Of a stretch of DNA of 64,000 nucleotides, positions 63,041 through 64,000 are shown one piece after another. This DNA comes from an uncultured Acidobacteriota bacterium. GTDB taxonomy: Bacteria; Acidobacteriota; Vicinamibacteria; Vicinamibacterales; SCN-69-37. Each line of letters begins with the position of its first letter. The first letter of the stretch is position 1. The DNA is taken from positions 279,569 through 343,568 of the forward strand of contig CAVRVJ010000003.1 in assembly GCA_963724645.1 (NCBI GenBank), read 5' to 3'. Position numbers and translations under genes: made by a program. Under the pieces are notes generated by a model that searched no databases, was not told the origin of the DNA, and saw nothing but the letters and a program-made list of their open reading frames with translations.

Positions 63041-63975
63041 ACAGGCAGGATCGCGCTGGCGCGGCCGAGGCGCGTCAGCGCGACGCCTGTCAGCACGCAC
63101 CCGGCACCGACCAGCTTTCCAAGTGACACCGGCTCGTGCAGCCAGAGGATCGCGACCGCCATCGCGGTGATCGGGACGAGGTTGGAGTAGATCGCGGTTC
63201 GGGCCGCGCCTATCTGCTGCACCGCTGCGTACCAAATGAGGTACGACAGACATAGCGCCAGCAGCGACGAGAGCACGAGGGCTGAGAGGCTCCAGACGCT
63301 GACGTGCGCCCAGGGGACCTGCGTCACCTGCGGCAGCATGAGGGTGGCGTACGGCAGGCCGCCCAGCGCCATCGTCATGCCGGTGACATAGAGCGGCGAA
63401 TGCCGCGCAATCAACCGGCTTGATCCCAGCGTGTAGATGGCCCAGCAGATCATCGAGGTCGCCACCATCAGATCTCCGCTCAGGGTAGTTCCACCGAGCG
63501 AGGCGCCTCGTCCGACGACGAAGTAGACACCGAGGATGGAGACGCCTGCCCCGGCCCAGTGCACGCGCGGGATCCGTTCGTGGCCGACTGCCGCTGACAA
63601 GATGGCGACAACGGCTGGCGTCGTGCCGATGATGAGGGCCGCATTGGATACGCTCGTACCGGCCACACCGCGCACGAAGCAGAACTGGTAGACGAAGTGG
63701 CCGACCAGCCCCAGCCAGACGAGGTCCCACCGGTCACGCGGAGTCAACACGGCCGGCGTGTAGAGCACGCGCGAGAACGCTCCGTCCGACTGCCGCCCGC
63801 GGCGCCGGCTCCAGACGATCGCGGCCAGGAACACGAGCGCAGCGATGGTGATGCGCACGGCGTTGAACGCCTGCGGCGGCACTTCTTCGAATGCGCGCTT
63901 GATGACGCTGTAGTTGGCACCCCAGATGAACACCATCAGGAGCAGAAGGATGTCGATGTGCCCGGGCCGTCTCAT
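63025..63975 (-). CDS. EamA/DMT family transporter
   Basis: IWGANY, 10 TMs, TSVSNAALI, YSNLVP, LHEP. Confidence 0.9.
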   Translation of the reverse strand: MRRPGHIDILLLLMVFIWGANYSVIKRAFEEVPPQAFNAVRITIAALVFLAAIVWSRRRGRQSDGAFSRVLYTPAVLTPRDRWDLVWLGLVGHFVYQFCFVRGVAGTSVSNAALIIGTTPAVVAILSAAVGHERIPRVHWAGAGVSILGVYFVVGRGASLGGTTLSGDLMVATSMICWAIYTLGSSRLIARHSPLYVTGMTMALGGLPYATLMLPQVTQVPWAHVSVWSLSALVLSSLLALCLSYLIWYAAVQQIGAARTAIYSNLVPITAMAVAILWLHEPVSLGKLVGAGCVLTGVALTRLGRASAILPVRKVT

Positions 63976-64000
63976 GCGCACGGGACCTGGAGAAGGCCAC

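Overview
GC-rich bacterial window; gene content suggests Acidobacteriota, probably Vicinamibacteria-like (inference only). 1-39 kb is a cell-surface glycan locus with 5 GT2 polyprenol-P-sugar synthase-like genes, 7 multi-pass GT-C-like transferases, GT4/GT9 enzymes, 3 NDP-sugar epimerases, a DegT aminotransferase, 3 radical SAM enzymes (one B12-binding), 2 methyltransferases, GNAT, a WalW-like deacetylase, a Wzx-like flippase, MurJ and a rhomboid protease. 39-64 kb carries htpX/lemA, a cupin, a fused 2-oxoacid dehydrogenase E1 alpha/beta, a giant poly-HAMP hybrid kinase and its partner kinase, an acyl-CoA ligase, an internally deleted PQQ/cytochrome c dehydrogenase, typA, three more GT-C genes, a small RHH protein, an endostatin/lectin-like secreted protein and an EamA transporter. 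Many genes at 19-25.5 kb and 39-60 kb have small frameshifts that look like long-read assembly errors. The best unannotated signals are: a candidate ECF-sigma-driven ~77-nt sRNA with an exposed anti-Shine-Dalgarno motif between yqeY and murJ; the very large polyprenyl-linked (GT-C) glycosylation machinery, including an ALG6/ALG8-like enzyme coupled to a rhomboid; palindromic elements that have entered coding sequence; and a sigma54-driven RHH mini-gene. No rRNA, tRNA, CRISPR array or transposase was seen.
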